Of a DNA stretch of 32,000 bases, positions 1-11,419 are shown in pieces. The translations under genes were made by a program, and so were the position numbers. Every line of letters starts with the position of its first letter. Positions within the stretch are counted from its first letter, which is position 1. The notes under the pieces are model-generated. The model did no database searches, was not told where the DNA came from, and was given only the letters and a program-made list of their open reading frames with translations. The DNA comes from Caedimonas varicaedens (GTDB lineage Bacteria; Pseudomonadota; Alphaproteobacteria; Caedimonadales; Caedimonadaceae). The stretch is from contig BBVC01000019.1 in NCBI GenBank assembly GCA_001192655.1, forward strand, positions 1 to 32,000, read 5' to 3'.

Positions 1-2340
<2,340 letters not shown>

Positions 2341-3010
2341 ATTTAAGGCAATATGTCTTACGGTTGCTAAATTTTGGGTTGAATGACCGTTACTATCTTC
2401 CCTAAAGCTTGCGTCTAAAGACCAATGTAACTTAATCTCGATAGCCCAGTGTTTTCTTGCGGCTCTCACAAAGCTATCAATACCTTCATCTAAGCTGCTA
2501 ATAAAAAGCGTTTTGATTTTTCTACCTGATTATTTGTTGTTCTGATCACTTCTAGCATTCCAATGCTTTCATTCTAGGCGTGGATCTCTTGCTGAGATGA
2601 GGGTGTACAGACGAGTTTCTATACGACCATGATCATGAACTTTCTCGACCTTCCGCTTGTATAGAGACTTGCCTGATTTTCTTTCAAAGACAAAACATAA
2701 TCAGCCTTCTGTTCAATGATTTGTTGGGAATCTCTTTCTGACATCCCATCGCATCAATGGTGACAATCGTGTGGCGAATATCCAGTATCTTCGATAATCT
2801 TGGAATTGCTTCTATTTCATTGGATTTCTCCTGATTTTTAACTTGTCCAAGCATCAAGCGGTTACCAGCAGCCCAAGCGCTGATAAAGTGTAAGTTTTTG
2901 ATTTTTAAGTTTATTCCCCGATCCTCTGAGGGTCTTACCATCAATGGCAATAACGTCATTGTTTGTATCGATGGATAAAGAGCCAATCCAGGCATAAATT
3001 ACCAAGCTTT
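2341..3010 (-). pseudogene. ISAs1-family (H-repeat-associated type) transposase remnant, multiply frameshifted and truncated at its C-terminal end by the IS21 insertion
   Basis: Minus-strand frames give family-typical strings: ..VIAIDGKTLRGS.., ..LGQVKNQEKSNEIEAIP..TIDAMGCQKEI.., ..DHGRIETR.., ..ARKHWAIEIKLHWSLDASFREDSN..NLATVRHIALN. They lie in different frames with stops. The last readable codons abut the IS21 end at 2340/2341. Confidence 0.7.
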
Positions 3011-3088
3011 TCAAAGTGAGCGATGGTGGCTGTTTTAAAGTGGTTTTGCAAGGTTTTCAGTGAAATTGTACTCCCAAAGACAGCAGCA

Positions 3089-3472
3089 GAAATTGTTCAA
3101 ATTGATGAATTGTGGCATTTTGTGAATGTAAAAAAATCCCTTATGGATTGATGGGGTATTGTTTCATGCTCTGGGATAGGTCTTGGTGATCGTGACGATG
3201 TCAGCCTATGCGATTTCATAAACGATGAATGGGGTGGGTTTTTCTGCATTTTACCTGAGAACAGACATTTTTGGGGAAAAGATTTAACCTTCCCCATTGA
3301 AGGAACCAATAGCGATATTCGCCATAGATTGGCTCGTTTGAAGAGAAAAACAAAGGCTTCTTCAAGAAGCTTGGACATGGTGAATAGGTCTTTATTGCTC
3401 TTTCACTATTTTCAGGATAATCCTGAAAACCTTGAAGAGTGGATAACAGGATTTCTAGCGTTCTTTAGTTAG
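3089..3472 (+). pseudogene. IS1-family transposase (InsB-like) C-terminal fragment, frameshifted
   Basis: Plus-strand translation gives ..EIVQIDELWHFVNVKK..(stop/frame change)..GLGDRDD...NRHFWGKDLTFPIEGTNSDIRHRLARLKRKTKASSRSLDM.. This matches the IS1 InsB pattern (DExW..V, GDR, IE..N..R..LARL.RK). There is no intact ORF. Confidence 0.6.
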
Positions 3473-3487
3473 ATGTCTCAAAAATAT

Positions 3488-4144
3488 TTAGGGTTTCAGT
3501 AATTTTACAAAAGCATCAAGGTCGACCTGACGGGATCTTTTCAGGCGTTCTGCTGTCAGGATAGAGTGGACATGGTGAACGGTTGTGTCAAGATCATCAT
3601 TAATCAGGACGTAATCGTATTCTGCCCAATGACTCATTTCGTTTCTGGCCTTCGCCATTCTTTTCTGTACAATATTTTTGGTGTCTTGCGCTCGTGATTG
3701 AAGTCTTCTCTCAAGTTCCTGCCACGACGGGGGCAGGATAAAAATGGTCACTAAATCTCCTCGCGCTGATTGACTGAGAGATTGGGTTCCTTGCCAGTCA
3801 ATGTCAAAAAGAATATCGTTCCCTTGAGAAAGGGTTTCTTCAACCGGTTGACGGGGGGTTCCATAAAAATGATCAAAAACCCGCGCATATTCTAGAAAAG
3901 AACCCCCATCGCAATGTCTTTTAAATTCTTCGTCTGAGACGAAAAAATAGTCTTTTCCTTCTGTTTCACCTGGACGCTGGGGGCGAGTTGTCATGGAAAT
4001 AGAAAGACGCAAATCAGGGTTAAGTTCCAGAAGCCTGCGCGAAATGGATGTCTTTCCAGCGCCTGAAGGAGAGGAAAGAACAAGCATAAGTCCGCGACGC
4101 TTAATGTGAACTGAATCATTTATCATAGAATAAAGAGCTACCAT
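3488..4144 (-). CDS. gmk: guanylate kinase
   Basis: P-loop SSPSGAGKTS and TTRPQRPGE..GKDYFFVS motif; size ~210 aa. The start is uncertain (4144 or 4126). Confidence 0.9.
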   Translation of the reverse strand: MVALYSMINDSVHIKRRGLMLVLSSPSGAGKTSISRRLLELNPDLRLSISMTTRPQRPGETEGKDYFFVSDEEFKRHCDGGSFLEYARVFDHFYGTPRQPVEETLSQGNDILFDIDWQGTQSLSQSARGDLVTIFILPPSWQELERRLQSRAQDTKNIVQKRMAKARNEMSHWAEYDYVLINDDLDTTVHHVHSILTAERLKRSRQVDLDAFVKLLKP

Positions 4145-4466
4145 ATTCTTACATCAGACTCAAGAATAGTCTGATTCTTGCTTTTCGATGTATTGTTGAA
4201 TGAATTCATCGCTGATATGCCCGAATTAAGGAGAGCAAGACTGTTTTTTTGGTAAAGTTCAGATCAAGGGTTTGGAAGAAGAGTTGAAGACGCTATTGTA
4301 AATAAGCAAAGAGGGAAAGAGCCAAAGGAAAACAGCGAAGCTGATAGAAATGACCCTATTTTTTAAGTACAGCATCATTATCTGAGATAAGAAGAAAGAC
4401 TTCTGAATTTTGGGGCTTGGCATTTTCATGGGAGAGGGGTATTCAGATAAGATAGTTTTAATTATT

Positions 4467-5327
4467 ATGAGCAAGGGATGGATGCTGGTGATTCAAGATT
4501 TTTTCAAATTTCCTAAAATATATAGTGCCTGTGTACTTTCTCTCACCTTATTTTTGGGCGCCTGTTCAACCAGCGATGATGAGAAATTTGACGAACGGCC
4601 GGTAGGTGAGCTCTATAACAAGGGCATGGCTGAGCTCAAAGACAAGCAGTATGAAAGAGCCGCAAAAATTTTTGATGAAGTCGAACGGCAACATCCCTAT
4701 TCGGAATGGGCAACGCAAGCTCAACTTATGACGGCCTATGCCCACTATCAAAATCAGAAGTATGAAAAATCTTTAGTAGCTGTTGACTCATTTATCAATC
4801 TGCATCCTGCTCACCCTGAAATTGCTTACGCTTATTACTTACAGGGTTTATGCTATTATGAGCAATTATCGCCTGTTGAACGAGATCAAAAAGTGACAGA
4901 GCTGGCCTATGAATCCTTCGAAGAATTGGTTAACCGTTTCCCGCGCACAGATTATGCAAAAGACGCAAAATATAAAATCGTCTTGCTGCGTGATATGATG
5001 GCGGCCAAGGAAATGGATGTAGGTCGCTACTATCAAGAGCGTAAAGGGTATATTGGGGCAATGAATCGTTTCCGTTCCATTATTAAAAAATATCAAAATA
5101 CAAGCCATACTCCTGAAGCGCTTCATCGTCTGGTTGAGGTTTATCTTGCGCTGGGATTGAAGGAAGAAGCCCGTACGACCGCAGCGGTTCTGGGGCACAA
5201 CTATCCTGATAATCCCTGGTATGCGGAGACTTACCTCTTGATGAAGGGACAGGATTTCCGATCCGAAGAATACCGTCAGGGAGAAAGCTGGCTGGATAAA
5301 ATCTGGAAAGCAAAACCAAAGGCCTAG
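4467..5327 (+). CDS. bamD: outer membrane protein assembly factor BamD (YfiO/ComL family lipoprotein)
   Basis: Lipobox LFLGAC followed by TPR-like helical repeats typical of BamD (..YNKGMAELKDKQYERAAKIFDEV..PYSEWATQAQL..AYAYYLQGLCYY..). The start could be 4428, 4467 or 4482. Confidence 0.8.
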   Translation: MSKGWMLVIQDFFKFPKIYSACVLSLTLFLGACSTSDDEKFDERPVGELYNKGMAELKDKQYERAAKIFDEVERQHPYSEWATQAQLMTAYAHYQNQKYEKSLVAVDSFINLHPAHPEIAYAYYLQGLCYYEQLSPVERDQKVTELAYESFEELVNRFPRTDYAKDAKYKIVLLRDMMAAKEMDVGRYYQERKGYIGAMNRFRSIIKKYQNTSHTPEALHRLVEVYLALGLKEEARTTAAVLGHNYPDNPWYAETYLLMKGQDFRSEEYRQGESWLDKIWKAKPKA

Positions 5328-5330
5328 GAA

Positions 5331-7007
5331 ATGCTTCGAGCGCTGTCGATTCGAAATGTATTGCTGATCGACCAACTCGATGTGATCTTCACTCAAGGGC
5401 TTGGTGTTCTGACCGGTGAAACAGGCGCTGGCAAGTCTATTCTTCTGGACGCGATGGGATTGGCTTTGGGAGAAAGGGCTTCTCCCCAACTGATCCGTAC
5501 GGGAGAAACGCAGGCAACCGTTACAGCGCAATTTGAGCTTCCTGCCCATAGTCCGGTTTATGAAATTCTTCAAGATTTGGGATTGTTTATAGAAGGACAA
5601 GAACTTCTTCTGAGACGAATCTTGAACGTAGAAAGTGGGTCGCGGGCGTTTGTGAACGATCAACCGGTAAGTCTTGCGCTTTTAAGAAAGCTGGGTGAAA
5701 CTCTTGTCGAAATACATGGTCAATTTGATCAACTGCTTAATCCTTTAACACATCGTCGTTACCTTGATCATTTTGGACGTCTTATGCCTGATCTTGAGAA
5801 AGTGCGGGATGCTTTCACAATTCTTGAAAATGCACGGCGCACGCTTGAACAAGCTCAATCGGATCTTTCCAACAAGCAAATACGTGAAGCGTTTTTGAAA
5901 CAGGCGTTACAGGAGCTGGAAGAAGCTGCACCTAAAGAAGGAGAGGAAGAACGTCTTCTCAAGGAAAGAATTTATCTTCAGCATCATGCTAAAATTACGG
6001 AAGCAGCACAAAACGCTTATAGTCTTTTAGGGGGAGATAAAGGGGTAGAAGCTGTGTTAGGAAATGCCCATCGTGCTTTGGAAAGAGTCTCTGATGCGGC
6101 GGAGGATATTTTTGTTGATGCCTTGACAGCGCTTGATCGGGCTTCTATTGAAACACAGGAAGTTCTTTCTATTCTTTTGACAATGCTTCGTCGGTCTGGT
6201 GGAGAAGCTTCACGTACCTTCGAGGTTATTGAGGACAGGCTTCACATCCTGCGAGGTCTGGCGCGAAAGCATTTGTGCACTGTTGATAATCTTGCTCTGT
6301 TTCAGGAAAAATTTCGGGAAGAGCAGGAACATCTGATGCAGGGAAGCGATTATCTTAGGACTCTTGAGCAAGAGCTTGAAAAAGCAAAGATGCTTTATCT
6401 TCAGGAAGCTGCTTCTCTCAGTGAAAAACGCCAAAAAGTAGCACGCTCTTTGGAAGAGGCGCTTAAAAAAGAGTTTATTCCTCTTAAATTGGAAAAAGCA
6501 TCTCTTCATGTCCAGTGTATAAAATTGCCTGAGAATGCCTGGAGCGCTGAAGGGTTCGACCGCCTTGAGTTTCAAATACAAACAAATCCAGGGATGCCTT
6601 TTGGTTCTTTCTCAAAGATTGCTTCGGGGGGAGAGCGCGCCCGCCTCATGCTTGCCTTGAAAGTCATTCTGGCGCAAGAAAGTGGCGTGTCTCTGCTCAT
6701 TTTTGACGAGATTGATACTGGCGTCAGCGGGTCTGTTTCCTTTGCTATTGGTGAGCGGTTATCGCGTCTGGGAAAACATTTGCAATTATTGGCTGTGACG
6801 CATTCGCCACAAGTGGCTGCTTACGCTGATTGTCATTGGTATGTCTCCAAGCAAACCCAGGAAGGGAAAACCACGACACAGGTTCTTAAACTTGATGAAG
6901 TAGGCAGAGAGGAAGAAATGGCTCGTATGTTGGCGGGAGAATCTGTTACGCCTGAAGCCAGAGCTGCGGCGCGTCGTCTTTTGGAAGCCGGTAAAGCTGT
7001 GGCGTAA
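5331..7007 (+). CDS. recN: DNA repair protein RecN
   Basis: N-terminal Walker A GETGAGKS, a long coiled-coil middle, C-terminal signature SGGERARL and Walker B LLIFDEIDTGVSG; 558 aa. Confidence 0.92.
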   Translation: MLRALSIRNVLLIDQLDVIFTQGLGVLTGETGAGKSILLDAMGLALGERASPQLIRTGETQATVTAQFELPAHSPVYEILQDLGLFIEGQELLLRRILNVESGSRAFVNDQPVSLALLRKLGETLVEIHGQFDQLLNPLTHRRYLDHFGRLMPDLEKVRDAFTILENARRTLEQAQSDLSNKQIREAFLKQALQELEEAAPKEGEEERLLKERIYLQHHAKITEAAQNAYSLLGGDKGVEAVLGNAHRALERVSDAAEDIFVDALTALDRASIETQEVLSILLTMLRRSGGEASRTFEVIEDRLHILRGLARKHLCTVDNLALFQEKFREEQEHLMQGSDYLRTLEQELEKAKMLYLQEAASLSEKRQKVARSLEEALKKEFIPLKLEKASLHVQCIKLPENAWSAEGFDRLEFQIQTNPGMPFGSFSKIASGGERARLMLALKVILAQESGVSLLIFDEIDTGVSGSVSFAIGERLSRLGKHLQLLAVTHSPQVAAYADCHWYVSKQTQEGKTTTQVLKLDEVGREEEMARMLAGESVTPEARAAARRLLEAGKAVA

Positions 7008-7010
7008 AGT

Positions 7011-7625
7011 TTATTTAATTATTTCCTCATTGAATTTTTCTTTTAGATAAGAAAAGTAATAAATCCTTCCTTCTTCAAAAGCATTTTTTTGTTTTTTAAA
7101 TCCCTTTTTTACAGAAACAGATTGCTGATTATGCCAACCTACATTCAGGATTTCGGGACCTTCTTCCAAAAGTTTGGCAGATGTTTTGAGAGTTGGACGA
7201 ACAATGGCAATATGTCCTGGTTTATCGCTTCGTGGGCTGATCATGCAGACAAGCGTAAAATATTTCTTGTTAGCGTTATCTTGTGCTTGAAGAGGAGAGA
7301 CTTTTTTCCATCCATAGCTTGTTCCTTTTTCAAGAAGCCATCGGCATTGGGTCGATGCCAGGAAATAGCGTTTATAAATAGGCGGTGCTGGTAAATAGAT
7401 GCTTAATTTTCTTGCAACATGAGCAACAAACAGGGAGCAATAGGTAATATTTTTAATAGAGTGTTTTTTTTCCTGATGTTCTCCTGAATAGATATTGCAG
7501 TCCTTTCCTCGTACCCACTTTGAGTGAATATTAAAGGAGTCAAGAAAATAGTTATAGGATATTTTGCCAAAAGCTGGGGAGGAAACACCTGTGATCACTA
7601 ATATCAAAAAAAGGATAGATGCCAT
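7011..7625 (-). CDS. hypothetical secreted protein, possible papain-fold (NlpC/P60- or CHAP-like) Cys/His hydrolase
   Basis: Start placed at MASILFLILVITGVSSPAFG (signal-peptide-like, GGGAG upstream). It has a candidate nucleophile context NITYCSLFVAHVA and a downstream ..GWKKVSPLQAQDNANKKYF..KPGHIAIVRP.. string reminiscent of amidase-type Cys-His enzymes. The family was not verified. Confidence 0.35.
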   Translation of the reverse strand: MASILFLILVITGVSSPAFGKISYNYFLDSFNIHSKWVRGKDCNIYSGEHQEKKHSIKNITYCSLFVAHVARKLSIYLPAPPIYKRYFLASTQCRWLLEKGTSYGWKKVSPLQAQDNANKKYFTLVCMISPRSDKPGHIAIVRPTLKTSAKLLEEGPEILNVGWHNQQSVSVKKGFKKQKNAFEEGRIYYFSYLKEKFNEEIIK

Positions 7626-7736
7626 TTCTAAAACTCCCAATAACAGAGAAATCCAAAATCCCATGAAGAATAAGTGGGGAATGCGTAAGAATTTCCTTGT
7701 TTTCTACGCTTTTGGAATTTTTTTTGTATGAATGTA

Positions 7737-8644
7737 TAGCTAAAAACCTTTAAAATGGTTATATTATGGATAATTTTTAAGAGGATTATTCCATGACCTA
7801 TTCATTAGATTTTAGACTTCGTGTTTTATCTGTAAAAAAGAAGAAAAATTTGAGTTTTGCTGAAACGGCGGATCTCTTTGGTGTTGGAGTGACCAGTCTT
7901 GTCAGATGGGTCAAGAAGCCTGAGCCTCAGACACATCGTCATAAACCAGCCACTAAGCTTAATATGGATGCCCTTAAAGAAGATATACAGCTTTATCCTG
8001 ATGCTTATCAGTACGAGAGAGCAGAACGTCTTGGTGTGAGCTCTATGGGGATATGGCACGCTTTAAAACGCTTGAATGTGACCTATAAAAAAAAAACGAC
8101 TCAAACATCCCAAGGCCGATCCAGAAAAGTCGTGCTACTTTTTGTCAAGAGCTGAAAGCTTATGAAGAAGCAGGGCATCCTATCATTTCTCTTGATGAAT
8201 CTGGATTTGCACACCATATGCCACGCACTCATGGTTATTCTCCAAAAGGAAAGAGATGTGAGGGGATTCATGATTGGGGAGCAAAGGGACGAACGAATGT
8301 CATCGGCGCCTTATTCCAAGGTCTGCTATTGACCGTGAGCTTGTTCTGCTTCTCGATTAATACCGAGGTGTTTACACAATAGATCATTGACGATTTACTT
8401 CCGAAACTGCCTCCTGAAAGCGTCCTTATTTTGGATAATGCCACCTTTCATAAGGGAAAAGCGATGCAAAAAGCAATTGCTGAGGCAGGGCATATCGTGC
8501 TGTATCTGCCTCCTTATTCTCCAGACTTTAATCCCATCGAGCATAAATGGGCACAAGCAAAAGCAATTAGACGCAAAAAAAGGTGTTCTATCGAGCAATT
8601 ATTTCAGGATAATAAAATATGACCGTTTTATATGTTGTTAGCTA
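7737..8644 (+). mobile_element. IS630/Tc1-mariner family insertion sequence with intact terminal inverted repeats and a TA target duplication
   Basis: IRL TAGCTAAAAACCTTTAAAATGGTTATATT (7737-) vs the reverse complement of the right end, TAGCTAACAACATATAAAACGGTCATATT (8644 downwards): 24 of 29 positions match. TA flanks both sides (7735-7736 and 8645-8646). Confidence 0.8.
7793..8622 (+). pseudogene. IS630-family DDE transposase, inactivated by frameshifts and an in-frame TAG
   Basis: The HTH N-terminus (ORF 7793..8155) ends after the A10 run at 8087-8096. The continuation ..LKHPKADPEK / ..ATFCQELKAYEEAGHPIISLDESGF.. lies in two other frames. TAG at about 8381 replaces the expected Trp (..FTQ*IIDDLLP..). 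The C-terminal part ..LILDNATFHKG...PPYSPDFNPIEHKW.. carries the D,D,E residues. Confidence 0.8.
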
Positions 8645-8828
8645 TAACTTATATTTATCAATCGATACACCTCCGCTCTCTTGCATTTCGGTCTAAAATC
8701 TGTTAGATAATTACCATGATAAAAAGTAAATATGCCTCTAATCCCTGCTTCCTTTATAAGCGACCGCGTTCGTAATTCTGACTTTTTATTCACTGAATTT
8801 TTTATGATTGACTCAGGAGATTGAGAGA

Positions 8829-9164
8829 ATGCCTATTACTTATGCTGATTTTTCGCGCGTTGATTTGCGTTCAGGGATTGTTGTGAAAGTCGAGCCTTTT
8901 CCGCGGGCTAAAAAACCTGCTTACAAGGTTTGGGTAGATTTCGGAGATGATATTGGCATCAAACAAACGTCCGCCCAAATTACAAAGCATTATACAGTGG
9001 AAGAACTTCCGGGACGTCTTGTGGTCGGGTGCGTCAATTTAGAGCCGCGCAATATCGCTGGCTTTATGTCAGAATTTCTTCTTGTAGGCTTTGCAGATGC
9101 GGAAGGGGCGGTTTGTCTGCTGACGGTTGACCCTGCTGTGCCCAAAGGACAGAAGCTATTTTGA
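8829..9164 (+). CDS. csaA: tRNA-binding domain protein, CsaA-like chaperone
   Basis: ..DFSRVDLRSGIVVKVEPFPRAKKPAYKVWVDFGDDIGIKQTSAQIT..Y..EEL.GRLVVGCVNLEPRNIAGFMSEFLLVG is the CsaA/Trbp111-type OB-fold pattern. The ATG at 8829 has AGGAG upstream; the listed TTG at 8808 is less likely. Confidence 0.75.
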   Translation: MPITYADFSRVDLRSGIVVKVEPFPRAKKPAYKVWVDFGDDIGIKQTSAQITKHYTVEELPGRLVVGCVNLEPRNIAGFMSEFLLVGFADAEGAVCLLTVDPAVPKGQKLF

Positions 9165-9228
9165 TACTTTTCTATTTCTATAGGGTGAATGTGAGGTTCA
9201 GTCTCCTGCGAGAGGGGGCTGAACACGC

Positions 9229-10110
9229 TTATCCATTTTTTTCTTCATATGTCCATGCCGAAGGATCAGAAAATAAAGCCTGCAATAATTTGTGATGCCA
9301 TTCGTGACCGGGATTATGGGCCGTGTAAGCGGCCTGAAGAGGGGCACCCGCAAGATAGAGATCACCGACGGCATCCAGGATTTTATGACGTACATATTCA
9401 TCATCAAAGCGCAAACCGTCCGGATTCATGACTTTCCCATTATCAATGACAACAGTATTCTCCAGAGAAGCTCCTAAAGACAGCCCCTTATCATAAAGCT
9501 TCTGCGCGTCTTCATAAAAACCAAAAGATCGGGCAGAGGCAATATCCTTTTTAAAGGCATCCAGTCCTCCTGAAAAATAACCTATGTATTTCCCCATCCC
9601 CTGTCTGCCACCAAAATCGAAAGACACGTGTGCTGAGAACGCCTCGGCAGGAGAGAGTTGTACGAATCGTCCCTCTGTCCCTTCAAGACGTATATCTTTC
9701 AGGACGCGCAGGAAAGGTCGAGGCGCGGATTGCTCCACCAGCCCAGCGGCTTCTATCATATGAATAAAAGGAAGAGAACTCCCATCCATAAAAGGTATTT
9801 CTGGTCCTTGCAGCCTAACCAATGCGTTATCAACGCCACATACTGCCAAGGCTGCCATAAGATGTTCAATGGTGGCAACTGTGGCGCCTTGATTGTTTCC
9901 TAATTGGGTACACATGAATGTATTCACGACACTGGAAAAGCGGGCGTGGATTTTTGGCTTGCCCTCCAAATCGCTTCGCTCAAAAACAATACCATGTCCT
10001 TGAGGTGCAGGCTCCAGCGTCATTTCCGAAGATTGTCCTGAGTGCAGCCCTACGCCGCGGCATTGAAAAGGTTGACGAAAAGTTTGTTGAAAAGGTGAAG
10101 AATGATTCAT
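9229..10110 (-). CDS. lpxC: UDP-3-O-acyl-N-acetylglucosamine deacetylase
   Basis: ..GVGLHSG.., ..TIEHLMAAL.., ..RFDDEYVRHKILDAVGDLYLAG.. are LpxC hallmarks; 293 aa. Confidence 0.92.
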   Translation of the reverse strand: MNHSSPFQQTFRQPFQCRGVGLHSGQSSEMTLEPAPQGHGIVFERSDLEGKPKIHARFSSVVNTFMCTQLGNNQGATVATIEHLMAALAVCGVDNALVRLQGPEIPFMDGSSLPFIHMIEAAGLVEQSAPRPFLRVLKDIRLEGTEGRFVQLSPAEAFSAHVSFDFGGRQGMGKYIGYFSGGLDAFKKDIASARSFGFYEDAQKLYDKGLSLGASLENTVVIDNGKVMNPDGLRFDDEYVRHKILDAVGDLYLAGAPLQAAYTAHNPGHEWHHKLLQALFSDPSAWTYEEKNG

Positions 10111-10190
10111 TATGATGTCCCAAAATACAGTAATTATAATTAATCAAAACTTTATCGTGTATTCAATAGCTTTTTTATTTCGAAATATTT

Positions 10191-11417
10191 CTAGGAGTGA
10201 GAAGTGAAAGACTGGGAATACTTTCTGGCTTCTTCCAGGCATTGGGTTGCGTCAGGAGCAAAATGTTGTTTGACCCACCAGGTTTCTACATGTTTAAGAA
10301 TTTTTCCAAATAGAGGACCCGGGGCAATCCCCAGAGTTTTTAAATCTTCTCCTGATAGTGGAAAAACGGGTTTTTCCCAAGAGAGTGGGAGTTGCTCAAG
10401 CAAGATGCGGTTATAACCCTGTGCGACTTGAAGTAAAAGAACGTCGCGGGTTGTTTCCAGTCCATGCTCATAAAGCAGCTCTCTACTGTCCATACAAAGG
10501 TGTCCCGCCAATTTTACCAGACTTTCCAATTCCTTCTTTTCTTTATGAGAGAATTTCAGTTCTTTTGAAAGAATATGAAGAGCCTTTTCATTATCTTTCA
10601 AAATAACTGCCAGACGAGGGAGAGCTTTGGGCATGATGTGAAATTCCTGCTCAAGCTTTATCAACTTTTCTAATTGTTTTATATCCGGTGAAGGCGCCCC
10701 CTGCATAGCATGAAACCAAACTCCGGTTTCTTCCATTTTTTGAAGGGCATATAAGGGCAAAGGAGCCTTTAAAAGCTTTAGAATTTCTGTGTGTATTCGC
10801 TCTGCTGAAAGGTTTTTGATTTTCGCTGCGTATTTTTTACAGGACTCAAGAGCTTCTGCATCAGTTTCTCCTTGTCCATAGGACGCATAAAAACGAAAAT
10901 AACGCAGAATTCTGAGATAATCTTCCTGGATGCGTTCACTTGCATCTCCAATAAAGCGGACTCGCCCTTTTTGAAGATCTTCCTCACCCCCCCACGGATC
11001 GTATAGCTCTCCCTTGATAGAGAGATATAGGGCGTTGAATGTAAAATCTCGCCGTTTGGCATCTTCTTTCCAGTCATCCGTAAAACTAACCTTAGCGTGT
11101 CGCCCATCTGTTTCAATATCATGGCGCAGTGTGGTGATCTCATAATGATATGATCCTGTAACGGCCAGGACAGAACCATGTTCCAAACCCAGCGGGACTG
11201 TTTTAATATTAGCTTTTTGGAGTTGGTAAATAACATCTGAAGGTTTGAGTGTCGTCGCAATATCCAGATCTGTTACAGGTCTGCGCAATAACGTATCCCG
11301 CACACAGCCTCCGACGAAACGAACTGTGCGAGACGCATCTGTCAGGGCGGAAAGCACTGCCCTGGTTTCCAAACTTTCAAGCCATGGGGGCAGGGCAATA
11401 ACCCTTTTTTTTTCCAT
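10191..11417 (-). CDS. cca: CCA tRNA nucleotidyltransferase / poly(A) polymerase family protein
   Basis: GGCVRDTLL..DLDIAT nucleotidyltransferase motif and RRDFTFNAL motif; 408 aa. The start codon lies 2 nt after the pntB stop. Confidence 0.85.
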   Translation of the reverse strand: MEKKRVIALPPWLESLETRAVLSALTDASRTVRFVGGCVRDTLLRRPVTDLDIATTLKPSDVIYQLQKANIKTVPLGLEHGSVLAVTGSYHYEITTLRHDIETDGRHAKVSFTDDWKEDAKRRDFTFNALYLSIKGELYDPWGGEEDLQKGRVRFIGDASERIQEDYLRILRYFRFYASYGQGETDAEALESCKKYAAKIKNLSAERIHTEILKLLKAPLPLYALQKMEETGVWFHAMQGAPSPDIKQLEKLIKLEQEFHIMPKALPRLAVILKDNEKALHILSKELKFSHKEKKELESLVKLAGHLCMDSRELLYEHGLETTRDVLLLQVAQGYNRILLEQLPLSWEKPVFPLSGEDLKTLGIAPGPLFGKILKHVETWWVKQHFAPDATQCLEEARKYSQSFTSHS

Positions 11418-11419
11418 GC

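Noticed and set aside
4145-4466. gmk-bamD divergent intergenic region, checked for tRNA/ncRNA and for the 71-aa ORF 4259..4474
   Set aside because: There is no cloverleaf-type conserved T-arm (GTTCGAATC-like) sequence or stable extended structure. The ORF is hydrophobic and low-complexity, has no RBS, and overlaps the likely bamD promoter and start region.
4866-5663. 265-aa minus-strand ORF spanning the bamD-recN junction
   Set aside because: It is antisense to two well-supported genes, has a low-complexity, Arg/Ser/Phe-rich composition with no motifs, and crosses an intergenic gap. This is a typical shadow ORF.
9196-9224. Imperfect hairpin GTTCAGTCTCC...GGGGGCTGAAC between convergent csaA and lpxC
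   Set aside because: It has two mismatches in the stem and no adjacent U-tract on either strand. It may assist termination, but I cannot support a terminator call.
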